DNA of 64,000 nucleotides, taken from positions 16,351,432-16,415,431 of the forward strand of contig NC_092679.1 in assembly GCF_964355755.1 (NCBI RefSeq). Direction: 5' to 3'. The translations under genes were made by a program, and so were the position numbers. This stretch comes from Antedon mediterranea (Eukaryota; Animalia; Echinodermata). The notes under the pieces were generated by a model. The model searched no databases and was not told the origin of the DNA. It saw nothing but the letters and a program-made list of their open reading frames with translations. Of the stretch, positions 47,281 to 59,800 are shown one piece after another (position 1 is the first letter of the stretch; each line of letters opens with the position of its first letter).

Positions 47281-49637
47281 ATGGCATCACCAAGTGCGGG
47301 TAAGTTTCAATTTGTTTTGTGCTCAACTTTTGACAAATCAAAACATGGTTTGCTTTTGTAATTATTGAATTATGAATAGTATAAAGTGCCTCATCTTAAA
47401 ATATGCATACATTTGGTGGTTATTTGTAAATTCGCTCTATTATGCCGTGTTGGTGCCTAGGCCTCCGCCTTCAGTGCAGTGGTCAGCATACACAAAAAAT
47501 AATATACGGTCGGTGTCGAGCGCGATGCTTGTGGGCCTTCAGTTCCATTTCTGGTCATTTTGGCCTTAGAGTGAAGAATTATGATTAGGTTTTTTATTTA
47601 GGAATTAGAATACCTGGTAAAATAATTGTATTTAAGCCTCTATATTTTGGCTAATTATAGTAAGTAGGGATGCTCAATATAGGACTAGAGGCATAGGCCT
47701 AGTTAGGCCTACTTAAATTATTAAATATAGTTCTAGGCCTACTACTTCTACGTCCTAGGGCCTAGCTAGTAGAAAGTTAACACGATGATTTAGTAATTCT
47801 TACCTTTTGTAAAGTTAAGAGGCAATACAATGTCTCTTTTTAATTATTTTGATTGATGATGTATAGGCCTAGGCTAATTATTAATAAATAGGCTAGGTCT
47901 AGTCTAAGCATATTGATTCATAAAAACCTGTTTTCTTATAGAAATTGAAAAGACTCTTTTAAGTTTTGAAAAGTTGGACAGAGCATCACCAGATTTATGG
48001 CAAGAACAAAGTAAGTTAAGATCTGTCTACGCTATCAAACTTTATGTGACAAAAAAATGTGATGTGTCCACATATGGACATAGTTATGTCATATCACTAC
48101 AATATTTGAGCACATCACACTTTTTGTTAAAATAATTTGATAGTGTAGACAGAGCTTTATGTTATTGTTGCAACACATTCTATATATTTTCTTGAATTGA
48201 AGACAAGTAATGAATAACATGTTTTATCTATTCATTCTCTCTCCTTTTTTTGCATTTTCAGTACCAGGTATTTCAGATTTTGCCTCTATGAAAAGTGTAA
48301 GTATATAATAATTAAAGTTGTTTAATATTTGATTTCTATGCATTTCTTTTAAACTGAAATTAAAGTTTTTAAAATTATCTCTTCTTTGAAGAAGTAGACT
48401 AATTTTTAATACGTAAACAATGTACTGTAAAAATATGAATAATTTCAAAAGTAGAATAAAATGTTCCCACAGAAGGTTGAATAGTGAAAACTGGTAAATT
48501 ATTAGTAATTTTGTTTGTTGCAGCCAATAACAAGTACAACATCTCCGCCTTGGGAAGCTGATTTGGAGCAAAATGATATTGATATGTTGACAGGTGAGGT
48601 TAAACTGACACTACCATTCCAAAGCCTCCTATAGATAAAACAAAGAAATACTTTTTTGGGAGAGATTAGTAGTTTTTACAATACTATATTACCTGATGTA
48701 CTTCTTTATAAAGTATAGTAGAACCACCCTTTTTCATTCAGGGTACAGTACACCTATAGTATTAAGGGAATACTTTTCTATGAACATATGACCGGGGTAA
48801 TAATGTGGAGCACTTAGAAGCATTGTGCAATAAACGCTATAATAAGAACGAATATTATTAATATTTAATAATATAATTGTGTTCTTTATTGGCCAACACA
48901 CACTTAATCAAGGCACTCAGACACTTTGTTGGAGTGTATTACTGAATCATTTAATTTCATTTCAGAGCTTGGAAGTCTCACAACAAAGAATTTAATGGAG
49001 AAAGTAAGAGATCTTCAAAACCTTGCATACCAGCTTGGCTTGGATGAATGTAAGTACAGTATTATTCATTACAGTAATTATTATAGGGTATTATCACTTC
49101 ACTGTTGCCTAGTTGACCCTCTAGTTCTATAATATATCTATGTTATCAAAACTGAAGATAACATTTGTCGTATTGGATTGGGAAATTTCGTTGTCAACGT
49201 AAAGATTCGTTGAGTACTTTTTGTATTCGAATTGTAAATTTGTGCTCAAAGAAAGTCATTCGAATAGAAAACGTTGGCAACGAAAGCTTTTTTGTTAAGA
49301 ACAATCTCAACGCTCAAAATACTCCGTTAAAGAAGTACTCAACAGAAAAACTACTCAACGGTACACTCGAATAAACCTAAAGGGGAATTCCCTAATTAGC
49401 CGACTTCAAGATTAAATACTTTTTTTATGGACATAAATTATTATTACCGTACTACAAATAGTATAGGAAGCCAAGCTGAGGTGTCAATTGTCACAGCATT
49501 TTGTGATTTTTTTACGTCCTCTGAGACAACTCTGCAGCCTATTAAAACTAATTATTTTTCTTTTTTGTCTAGCACGAGAAATGACGCGTGGAAAACTTTT
49601 AAATGTGCTTGACGGTGGAAAACAAAAACGGAAATAA
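47281..49637 (+). CDS. LIN52: MuvB/DREAM complex subunit LIN52, 6 exons
   Basis: Exons 47281-47299, 47942-48010, 48262-48296, 48524-48593, 48966-49049, 49573-49637. LLSFEKLDRASPDLW (LxSxExL and DYRK1A site), LMEKVRDLQNLAYQLGLDESREMTRGKLLNVL. Confidence 0.93.
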
Positions 49638-51029
49638 TATTATTCACAAAAGAGAAAAGACTAAAATGTAAATTATAAATAATGGAACTAGGGGTTCATT
49701 GGTGGTTGTTGTAAAATATGTATTGGTAAACCTTATTATTGAACCATATTGTAAATACTTTTTATATTATTAATGCTGTACACTTAAAATCATGAATACA
49801 AATCTTTTTCTTCTATTTAAAATATTTGAAACTGTTATATATAAAGTAGCTTCATTATAAATATTATTGGAACAAAATAAAAATGCAAGATTGAAACTTG
49901 TTTATTGTTGTGTATACTATTATTGAGCATGTATTGTGTTTAGCTGTGTCTACTACACTATCAACCTAGTTTGACAAAAAAAAAGTGTGATGTGACCACA
50001 TATGGTGGTGGTATACCCAAATATGGTAGTGATATGACATCATGTCCATATATGGGCACATCACATTTATTTGTCGCATAAAGTTTGAGCTTTAGTAAGG
50101 ATATATACAACTTTTTATAACATACCTGAGTGTACCTTGCCATTTGATTGGTTAATTTTGTGTCATTCATTATTTAGTTGTATTGTAGGTAAAAACTCTA
50201 TTTAATAGTTCAGCTTTTTGCGGAAGATGCTCTGGGTTCTGTGCACACAAGCCAGATGAGTACACTGGACCTCCATTTGTGAGAAGACTTGTTCTACCAC
50301 TAGATCAATGGTCAAGAAAAGCCTTGAACCTCTGGCGACCACTCGGACATTGGACAATAACCCGCCCATTATGACATGATTCTACTTTACTTGTTAATGT
50401 ACAATCTCGCCGCTAAATTTTCATATTCCAATGGTTGATTTGCTACAGTATCTCCAAATTTACTAGTGTCAAAGGGTCAAGATTAAAAATGAAAGTAGAT
50501 ACAATGTTTATTACACTTAACACATGAATGTGTTTTACATGATATCGAAAGCAAAAGCTTTTTGTTCAAAACACATGATGTTTAAAAACTGGAAGTTAAC
50601 TTTAATTATTATCTACCTGTGCAGTTTGAATTAATTTAGCTTCAATCTACAGTGCAACTTGACCAAAACGGGTCACACATTTGGGGTGGACATTAATTCT
50701 GGTTTTTAACTTTTGGTTTGCAAGAGTCTAGTACGAGAACAATTTATGGAATTAGAAAAATATTATTTTGGAGTATTAAGTTGTTTGTTCTTCACAAATA
50801 TTCACACCCTTCAAAGGAAAATTGAACAGTCCAGGCATCGTATAAAACGTGACATCGTTGTCATATTCCTTTTGCCTTTCATTAAAACTGAAACCAATGT
50901 TAAAGTATCACTTCTTAACCATAACAAATTGAAATAAAAAACATATTTTGTCCAGCATATTTTAAGCTAAAAAAGCTTGAACAAAAAAACAGATAATATT
51001 GATATAAATTTTTACGGTACACTACATGT

Positions 51030-51105
51030 ATTGTTTCTTGACGTTTTGATCAATATGCTTTGATCGTCCTCAGGAGTGAGAAAACATTTGATTTCGCCAT
51101 GAAAA
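51030..51105 (-). ncRNA. Degenerate minimal type I hammerhead motif (Penelope-like remnant)
   Basis: Minus strand CTC-CTGAGGA-CGATC-AAAGCATATT-GATC-AAAA-CGTC-AAG. Confidence 0.5.
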
Positions 51106-52154
51106 CCTTTTATTTCAAACAAACAATATAAAACAGATAAAACAACTATTTTACCATAATATCCAAATTACTTGCCAAAATGAGTTTTGATTTGTTTAAT
51201 TGCTTTTGTATATTACCAGACCATAGTTTTCAAGTTCCACAAATTGACAAAAAAGCTTCAAATCAAAAAATTTAAACTAATATGTATAATCATGATAAAT
51301 TTATGTATACAAAATGCCAAATCCAACATTTCATTTCACTATGGAAGTTTATACTGTACCTCCTTAATTTTAGCAAGTAAAATTTAAAAGAATGGACAAG
51401 ACAAATGCGTTCAATCATCACAGAAATAATAGTACAGTTCATCCAATGAAACTTTATTAATATAAAATTGAACATCAATATATTGCTGAGTAGAAAACTA
51501 CAATAAAATTCACTCATTCCAATAAAACTAGAAAAAACAATTCAGTAGTTTAACCATCCTTCCAACAAACAAAACAATTAACACAAAAACAAAAAAATGA
51601 AACGTGAATATGTATCACACCACATCGACAAGGACACACCCGCAATTGGCAGGGGGACACACCCGCAATTGGCAGAGGAACATCCCTTTATGCATTCTCA
51701 ATAAACATATCAAAGTGTACAATTGTTAGTATCAATGTTTTTATATAAGGCTTGAATATAACAAGGTTAACACATAGAAGGACTAAATAATCAGCAATAA
51801 TCCAAAATTTTGATAGAGAGGAGTGGAGTGGGGTGGGTACACAGGATTGGAGTTTGCGGTACCACTCTGGTATAGTCAACAGAAATTAGGATGGCAGTGA
51901 GGATACCAGATTGGCCTACATAACTTAAGTAAAAGGTGGTTGAATTGTAAAATAAATTGAGGATTTCAAAACCGAACTTTAGCACCTAACTTAAAATCAC
52001 TGAGCATAAGACTTCACCGCACTTCTACATCACATTCGTGCAGGGGATGAATGTTTTTAAATTGGGTTTCGCTTGATAGATTAAGTTGTGAAAGCACATA
52101 AATTGGGTTAAGCTCAAGAGATTGAGTGTTTTGGCATATGGACTAAATACTACT

Positions 52155-52850
52155 ACTCTCTCTCTCTCTCCTCCCCCTCTCTCTCTTTCTCCTCCCCCTC
52201 TCTCTCTCTCTCTCTCTCCTCCCCCCCCCCCCCCTCTCTCTCTCTCACTGCCATAGGCCTATAAAAGACCTACCAAAATTGTAGATTTCGAGGTTTTACA
52301 GCATTATACTGTTTTATTCTGAATATATAATGGTAAGTTAGGTCTTTTATTAATTATTTTCAAATACTAAAGTTTTTTAATGTAGAGAGAATATACTATA
52401 CTAAATACAATATTGTAACAGAATAAATTATAAGAAAAATATAGACTTTTTCAAGTTAAAATAGAACATTTAATAAATTGGTAATGTAATGGTTTGAGCT
52501 AGTAAATAACACACTTCCCTTTGAAAATTAAAATTCTTCCTTTAAAATAATAGCCCCTCCCTTTAAAATAATAGTCCCTCCCTTTAAAATAATAGCCCCT
52601 CCCTTTAAAATAATAGTCCCTCCCTTTAAAATAATAGCCCCTCCCCTTAAGATAATATTACATCCCCTTCAACATAATATCCCTCCCCTTTAACATAATT
52701 CAATCCCATTTAAAATTAAACCATCCCCTTTCAAATTAACACCAGAACCTTTAAGATAATACTTTCCCTTTTATGATATTGCCATCCCCTTTAAAATCAA
52801 CACCCTCCCCCTCATTAAATTTAAGATCAGAAGCTTTAAAATAATGCCAT
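52155..52850. repeat. CT/C microsatellite and 22-bp CCCTTTAAAATAATAG-type minisatellite
   Basis: Directly visible at 52155-52247 and 52510-52850. Confidence 0.9.
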
Positions 52851-53057
52851 CCCATCTTCTACAAAAGTTGAGTTCAGCCATGGAGTTATAACTCCATGAG
52901 TCAGCTATCTCTTTGAAATAAAAATAAAATATATTTTGTGCATAAAATGTTTGTGGGTGGGCTTTCATACTGTCAGGTGGGCTCATGCTACAAAGTGGGC
53001 ACATACTGCAAAGAGAGATTATACTGCATTGTGGGTCTACTGTCTGGTGGCTTCATA

Positions 53058-53448
53058 CTGCAGGACGCGTAATTTTTTTTTCCAGGACGAACGTGGGCAG
53101 AAATCATGAATAATTCATGATTAATTATGACATAATAGGGAACATTATAGAGGGCGCTGTATAAGAATGCAGAGAGATTAAATAATTAGTGTAAACAACG
53201 TTTGCCAACCGAAATGTTTGGTCTAGTGGTAAAGGCTTTAACCTATTACGCTGAAGCCCTCGGTTCGAGATCTTTCATGACCGTGTTTTTTTTAATAGTT
53301 GAGAAAGATTATTTAGAGGGTTAGGTTTAGTATATTTAGGAAGTAGATCAGCTATCTTTCAATTCTTTATAATAGAAAATAATTAAGGTAATGAATTATT
53401 CATGACTTCTGCCCACGTTCGTCCTGGAAAAAAAAAACACGCCTGCAG
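53058..53448. mobile_element. MITE with ~50-bp TIRs and an internal tRNA-like segment
   Basis: TTTTCCAGGACGAACGTGGGCAGAAATCATGAATAATTCAT ... ATGAATTATTCATGACTTCTGCCCACGTTCGTCCTGGAAAA; inserted in a degenerate ~51-bp ACTGCAG repeat array (52960-53790). Confidence 0.8.
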
Positions 53449-53888
53449 GACAGCCTTCAGTACTGCATTGTGGGCTGCTTACAGTACTGTGTGTTGCTCA
53501 CAGTACTGCATTGTGAGCTTATTTCAGAGGCCTTATACTGCAGGACAGGCTTACAGTACTGCATTGTGGGCTTATTGCAGAATGCTGATACTGCATTGCA
53601 TTGTGGGTTTAGTGCAGAGGCCTCATACTGCAGGGTGGCTTATACAGCATTGCATTGTGGGTTTATTGCAGAGGCCTCATACTGCAGGGTGGCTTATACA
53701 GCATTGCATTGAGGGTTTATTGCAGAGGCCTCATACTGCAGGATGGGATTATGCTGCAGTATTGGTCCACACTGTAGGATGGGCTTTTTATTATACAGTT
53801 TCTAAATCAACACTGATAACAATATCAACAAACAGAACAACAAAGACAATTAAATACAACACAGACAAAACTCCTTGAAGAATTATAA

Positions 53889-56800
53889 TTAATCTAAAAT
53901 AATCATTCTCATTCCGAATGATAACAACGAGCCGAGTGCCAATCCCAATGCCAAGAAAAGCGCCATCATGTTGCCTGCAGTTTCACGATAGCCTTTTTGC
54001 ACTTTTCTAAGAAAAATAAATGATACAGAATATAAAAAATATTTATGAAAGAATATTTTTGTACATAATTATTTTTTTTAAACATTTTGTACTATGCATG
54101 AAAGATTTCAATTGCGGCGCAATATAGTGTATACAGTAGCAACCCTCCTTTAGGACATCCCCTATTCAGGAACCATTACTATTCATGGGGCCACCCTTAT
54201 TCAGGAGACTTAAGGCTCCTACTGTATTCAAGGAGACATCCCCTATTCAGGAACCATTACTATTCATGGGGCCACCCTTATTCAGGAGACTTAAGGCTCC
54301 TACTGTATCAAGGAGACATCCCCTATTCAGGAACCATTACTATTCATGGGGCCACCCTTATTCAGGAGACTTAAGGCTCCTACTGTATCAAGGAGACATC
54401 CCCTATTCAGGAACCATTACTATTCATGGGGCCACCCTTATTCAGGAGACTTAAGGCTCCTACTGTATCAAGGAGACATCCCCTATTCAGGAACCATTAC
54501 TATTCATGGGGCCACCCTTATTCAGGAGACTTAAGGCTCCTACTGTATCAAGGAGACATCCCCTATTCAGGAACCATTACTATTCATGGGGCCACCCTTA
54601 TTCAGGAGACTTAAGGCTCCTACTGTATCAAGGAGACATCCCCTATTCAGGAACCATTACTATTCATGGGGCCACCCTTATTCAGGAGACTTAAGGCTCC
54701 TACTGTATCAAGGAGACATCCCCTATTCAGGAACCATTACTGTTCATGGGGCCACCCTTATTCAGGAGAATTAAGGCTCCTACTGTATCAAGGAGACATC
54801 CCCTATTCAGGAACCATTACTATTCATGGGGCCACCCTTATTCAGGAGACTTAAGGCTCCTACTGTATCAAGGAGACATCCCCTATTCAGGAACCATTAC
54901 TATTCATGGGGCCACCCTTATTCAGGAGACTTAAGGCTCCTACTGTATCAAGGAGACATTCCCTATTCAGGAACCATTACTATTCATGGGGCCACCCTTA
55001 TTCAGGAGACTTAAGGCTCCTACTGTATCAAGGAGACATCCCCTATTCAGGAACCATTACTATTCATGGGGCCACCCTTATTCAGGAGACTTAAGGCTCC
55101 TACTGTATCAAGGAGACATCCCCTATTCAGGAACCATTACTATTCATGGGGCCACCCTTATTCAGGAGACTTAAGGCTCCTACTGTATCAAGGAGACATC
55201 CCCTATTCAGGAACCATTACTATTCATGGGGCCACCCTTATTCAGGAGACTTAAGGCTCCTACTGTATCAAGGAGACATTCCCTATTCAGGAACCATTAC
55301 TATTCATGGGGCCACCCTTATTCAGGAGACTTAAGGCTCCTACTGTATCAAGGAGACATTCCCTATTCAGGAACCATTACTATTCATGGGGCCACCCTTA
55401 TTCAGGAGACTTAAGGCTCCTACTGTATCAAGGAGACATTCCCTATTCAGGAACCATTACTATTCATGGGGCCACCCTTATTCAGGAGACTTAAGGGGAC
55501 ACTTTCATTTTAAACGCAGAATATGGTGTAATTTATTAGGGACTTTACGAAAACAGTTAGGGGAGGATGACGAATATCCTGTGTTCGCTAGAGCGTAAAA
55601 TCATATACAACATAGGCGTTTTATTAGTTACGCACCATTGCGCGAAGACGACGACCGGCAGTATATCTCTCCAATCCCTCCCCTGTCTCGTGACGCGGGG
55701 CACTTTTGAATCGCTTGGCTCTGGTGATACAGCATAGGCCTAGCCTTTTTAATAGAGCCTCGCATTTAAACGCCGCTTTTAACACAATAAAAATGTTATT
55801 TCATTACACAATTAAAATAGAATTTCAAATATTATTTAGAGTTTTGAAAATTCCATGTTTAAGTGTAATTTTAACTGTATATTAAAGGTTATATATACAT
55901 TATTTCTAGTCGTTTTCCATAAACAGGAAAATGGCAACTTTATCGTTCTCAAGAAGTTAAGACGACGGAAGTCACGCTAATTTTTGCCCACTTTGTTTAA
56001 CTCATGCAAAAATTATTCACAAGCACCCTCCTATGGCTTCCTGTTGTGTTTCGTAAAGTCCCTAATATGTTTTAACGACAACAGCTATTAAGGGACACTT
56101 TATTCTGTGTCCCGAACCATTCAATAGCGGTTCTACTGTACTTGATTTATATAGAAAATGAATTATCTTACCTTGGGCCATACATCATACACAAGCTGCC
56201 CAAATAACCATTTGAAGCAGCAAAGAAGATGGTAAAGATGATTGGATAAGCGTCATGATTGAATACTAGAGGTAGTGAACTAGAACTGATGTTGCACAGC
56301 ATAAACAATGGAATGAAAGCAAACCGAACAACAACTAGAATACTTAGAAGCATTGGACTGTTTTCATTTGGCTGCGGGAAAAAAGAAATTAAATATGATT
56401 ATAGTGGTACTGTGGCTTGGTGGTTTACATACTTGCTTATTACCGCCAGGGTATTTGGTTCAAATCTAATAATAGTTCTGAATTTTTCTGACGGCAATTG
56501 CAGCGGCAGTACCTGAATCTTATATGAGACTTGGTCACAGAATTTCCAAGAAATTGTAACCAACTTTTTGTGTCGCAAATGCTGCCACTGCCAGGTTCTA
56601 AGTTACATATTTATATGTTATGCAAATACAGTAGCTACTAGTCGACGATTTTGCACTTGCTTTGGTCAAACTCAATAATTAATGCAAGTAAAATTGTGGT
56701 TTGTATTTGTTACAGTATCTTAGTGTTATCATCCTGTAATTGGCAGGTCAGGTGACAACAACAAAATATAGGAACATTTTTGTGTGTAAAGCGCTTCGAA

Positions 56801-59800
56801 ACATTGTATTAGGTGCTATATAAGACTACCATTATCATATCAATTTGTAGATCAAGTTTCATAACATATATTTACAGACTCTGACAATAAAAGATATTAA
56901 AATACAATGCAATCAAAATAACATTAAGAAAAAGGTCATGTGTTGGGTGAGCTATAAAAAAGAAATGATAATGAAAGTATTCTGTATTTCAAAATCAAAT
57001 ATCCTGTTGAATTTGATTGTAATCTTTCGCATTAAATCTGGAAAAAGGTTGAAATTCTTACCCATTGTAAAAAACCCGTCAAAGACCGACCGAACCAGTC
57101 CATTAAATTGAATAAAAGAAAACATGTAACAGCTGTGAAGTACACATCTATAAAACACAAGAAAAAAATTGATAAGAAATTACTTTGTTTATTTGAGTTT
57201 TAACATCAGTTACAAGATGAAACTAAATGAAAACACTCAGAAACTGAGTGAAGTACTTGGCAAGATATTGCCATTGAGGGCGCATGTTGATATTTCAGCC
57301 CATGTTAAAAGAATACCAATTTTTCTTTTTTTTTTTGTAAAGTAATATGTTCTGTACATATATATATCTATTTACACCAAAAAATTCAGAATGATAACTT
57401 GAAAATTGTAGGCTCTATCATGCTAACAAACAAACAAAGCAAGTAAGTACTACACAAAATATAATCATTAAGGGCGTGTGGTGCAGTGTTGGATTTGATC
57501 GTTGTTCAAATCCAACTCTCACCGCATTGCTTGTATCCTTAGGCAAGACACTTTACTTACATTTGCCTCTCTCCACAACTTTGCACTGATTACTACTGTA
57601 GCTGCATTATTCAATTCAATTTCTTTTTATTTCGGAAATATCATCCATATTAATAAACTTATTAACAGAAAAAGAAAAATCTAAACTTAAGTATAAAGAA
57701 TGCTTCTCCATGGAGCATATGTTTGCAAACACAAGCAACAAGGATGTTACCACTATTCAACATACGTTGCATGAAACCATAGGTAGAGTATGGTTCCATT
57801 TGTGTGTAATAATGTGCAGCGCATTGAGAGCTTGCTTATATGTGCTATATAAGAATGAACCATTATTATTAACTTGCCTGTCCATGAGTTTGAGGGATCT
57901 CTGATGGATTGAATACTGGATGTGAGGCCAGGAAAACAGGTTAAAGTCACCAAGAATACCAACGTCACTAAAGTCGCAGGATTTAGAATCTATACAAACA
58001 AAAAATAATATTTTCATATAATTGCCTATACATTTTACATAATTATATTTTCTTATGATTTCCTAATACCGGACTCTCTAAAACCAGAAACTCTCCCAAA
58101 ACCAGACTTTCCCGAAGTTCAAAACGTCCCAAACTCATTTTTACCATTAAAAACACATTCTAAATACCAGACTTTCAGGAAAAACAGATATATTATGCCA
58201 GCCCAAAGGTGTCCGGTATTGGGAGAGTTGACTGTAGTGTATAATTGTTACGGATTCAGCCTTTCGTCTATTCGTGGCATTGTTAGTCTTTTTTACAATA
58301 AATATACCTGAACTGTGTATTTGCCAAGGATAAGTTTGATGACTAAAAATCATGAATAAGGCTGAATGTCAATGACTTATTACCTCACTGAAAATGTGAT
58401 GTGCCCATATATGGACACGATCATGTCATATCAGTACAGTATTTAGGCATATCACCACCATTTTTGGCCACATCATACTTTACTTTGATAGTGTAAACAG
58501 AGCTTTAGTTTACCTCTTTAAAAATGAATACAAAAGGTGGTTTCAAGGTAAGCTTAGTTTCCCAGCTGTCACTCAACTCTAAACGTTTACTCTTTAAATC
58601 TGAAACAATTATAAAAGAAAAAGACATTGTATTGTGTAACATTAACGTCAATTTACACAGACGAGCGGTAACGGTAATAAAAATATAGAATCTATGTTAT
58701 TTCTTATGACTATTTACACACAACATGAAGAGGACAGGCTGTTTCCGCTCAGGATTAATACAGATTCCATGTGCTTACCATTACTGCTCGTATGTGTAAA
58801 TTGGCCATTAGGCCTTGAAAAAAAACCAATTTAATTTAAAAAATCAACTACTGAGATACTGTCTAAGAATAAACCTGTTGGACCAAAATGCATGCATGAG
58901 TGATTTTCCTATAGCGTCCTCAGTTTTATGTACATTTTTGCCTATAATTCATAATTATTAGTTAATTAATTTTTAGGTTCTTTTGGAAATATAAAGGCTT
59001 TATTTATTTGATAAGTACACAATATATCTAAGTTGTCGCCAACTAAAAGCTCCCTATAGTCTATAAATAAGAAAAAAAATGTATTAGAAAAAATAAGGAT
59101 ATCAAAATTTACCTATTTGATTGAGGAATGCATCCGCATACTTTAACTTGATAAGAATTCGAAAGGCAACAAATGCTGCAACCACTGACAGTACAGCACA
59201 CGAGAAATATATAAATGCACTGACACAGTGATTATTACTCACTAGAAAATAAACACACAGAATTAAAAGACAAAACAAATATTTTACATGGTTTAATATA
59301 ATAAAGTGTATATTTAATCTTTCATTTAAATATTAGTTATACGCAATTTGAACGATTTGCACAAGGAAATCCTTGCGCAAATTTAATTTGAAATTTGTGC
59401 AAGAAAATATGTCCAGTTTCATAAGGAATTTCTGTAATACAGTGTTACATATGTATCACATATGGCACATTTAACATTTTATTGTTGGTTTATAGTCTAC
59501 AATACAGGCATCACATGTTACACATATACTGTGTTAGGCTTGGAACTATGATACAGGTGTCACATGTGAAAAATATGTTATTCTGTATCAAAGAATTTTC
59601 CTATTATATTATACTGTAAAAATAACAGAGACAGTACCAAGAATCGGCTAGAAGCAATCTTTACCTGCGGTGGTTAATATACTAAGCAAGGCTGGAAGAA
59701 CACCTCCTAGTCCCTGTCCACCCATCAGGGCTTGCGTATACTTGGGTGGAAATACACCTCCTAGACCAAATACAGTTCCACAAAATATAGCAGATAATAC

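Noticed and set aside
53215-53275. Functional tRNA genes (also ~18085-18135, ~24662-24710, ~56403-56470)
   Set aside because: Only A/B-box remnants; no complete cloverleaf or acceptor stem could be formed.
53402-53878. 158-aa Cys/His-rich ORF
   Set aside because: Derived from a degenerate ~51-bp tandem repeat and a MITE end; no splice or domain support.
54185-55598. Series of 62-aa ORFs and CRISPR-like periodicity
   Set aside because: Head-to-tail 80-bp satellite with no unique spacers and no cas genes, inside a eukaryotic intron; the ORFs are artefacts of the repeat.
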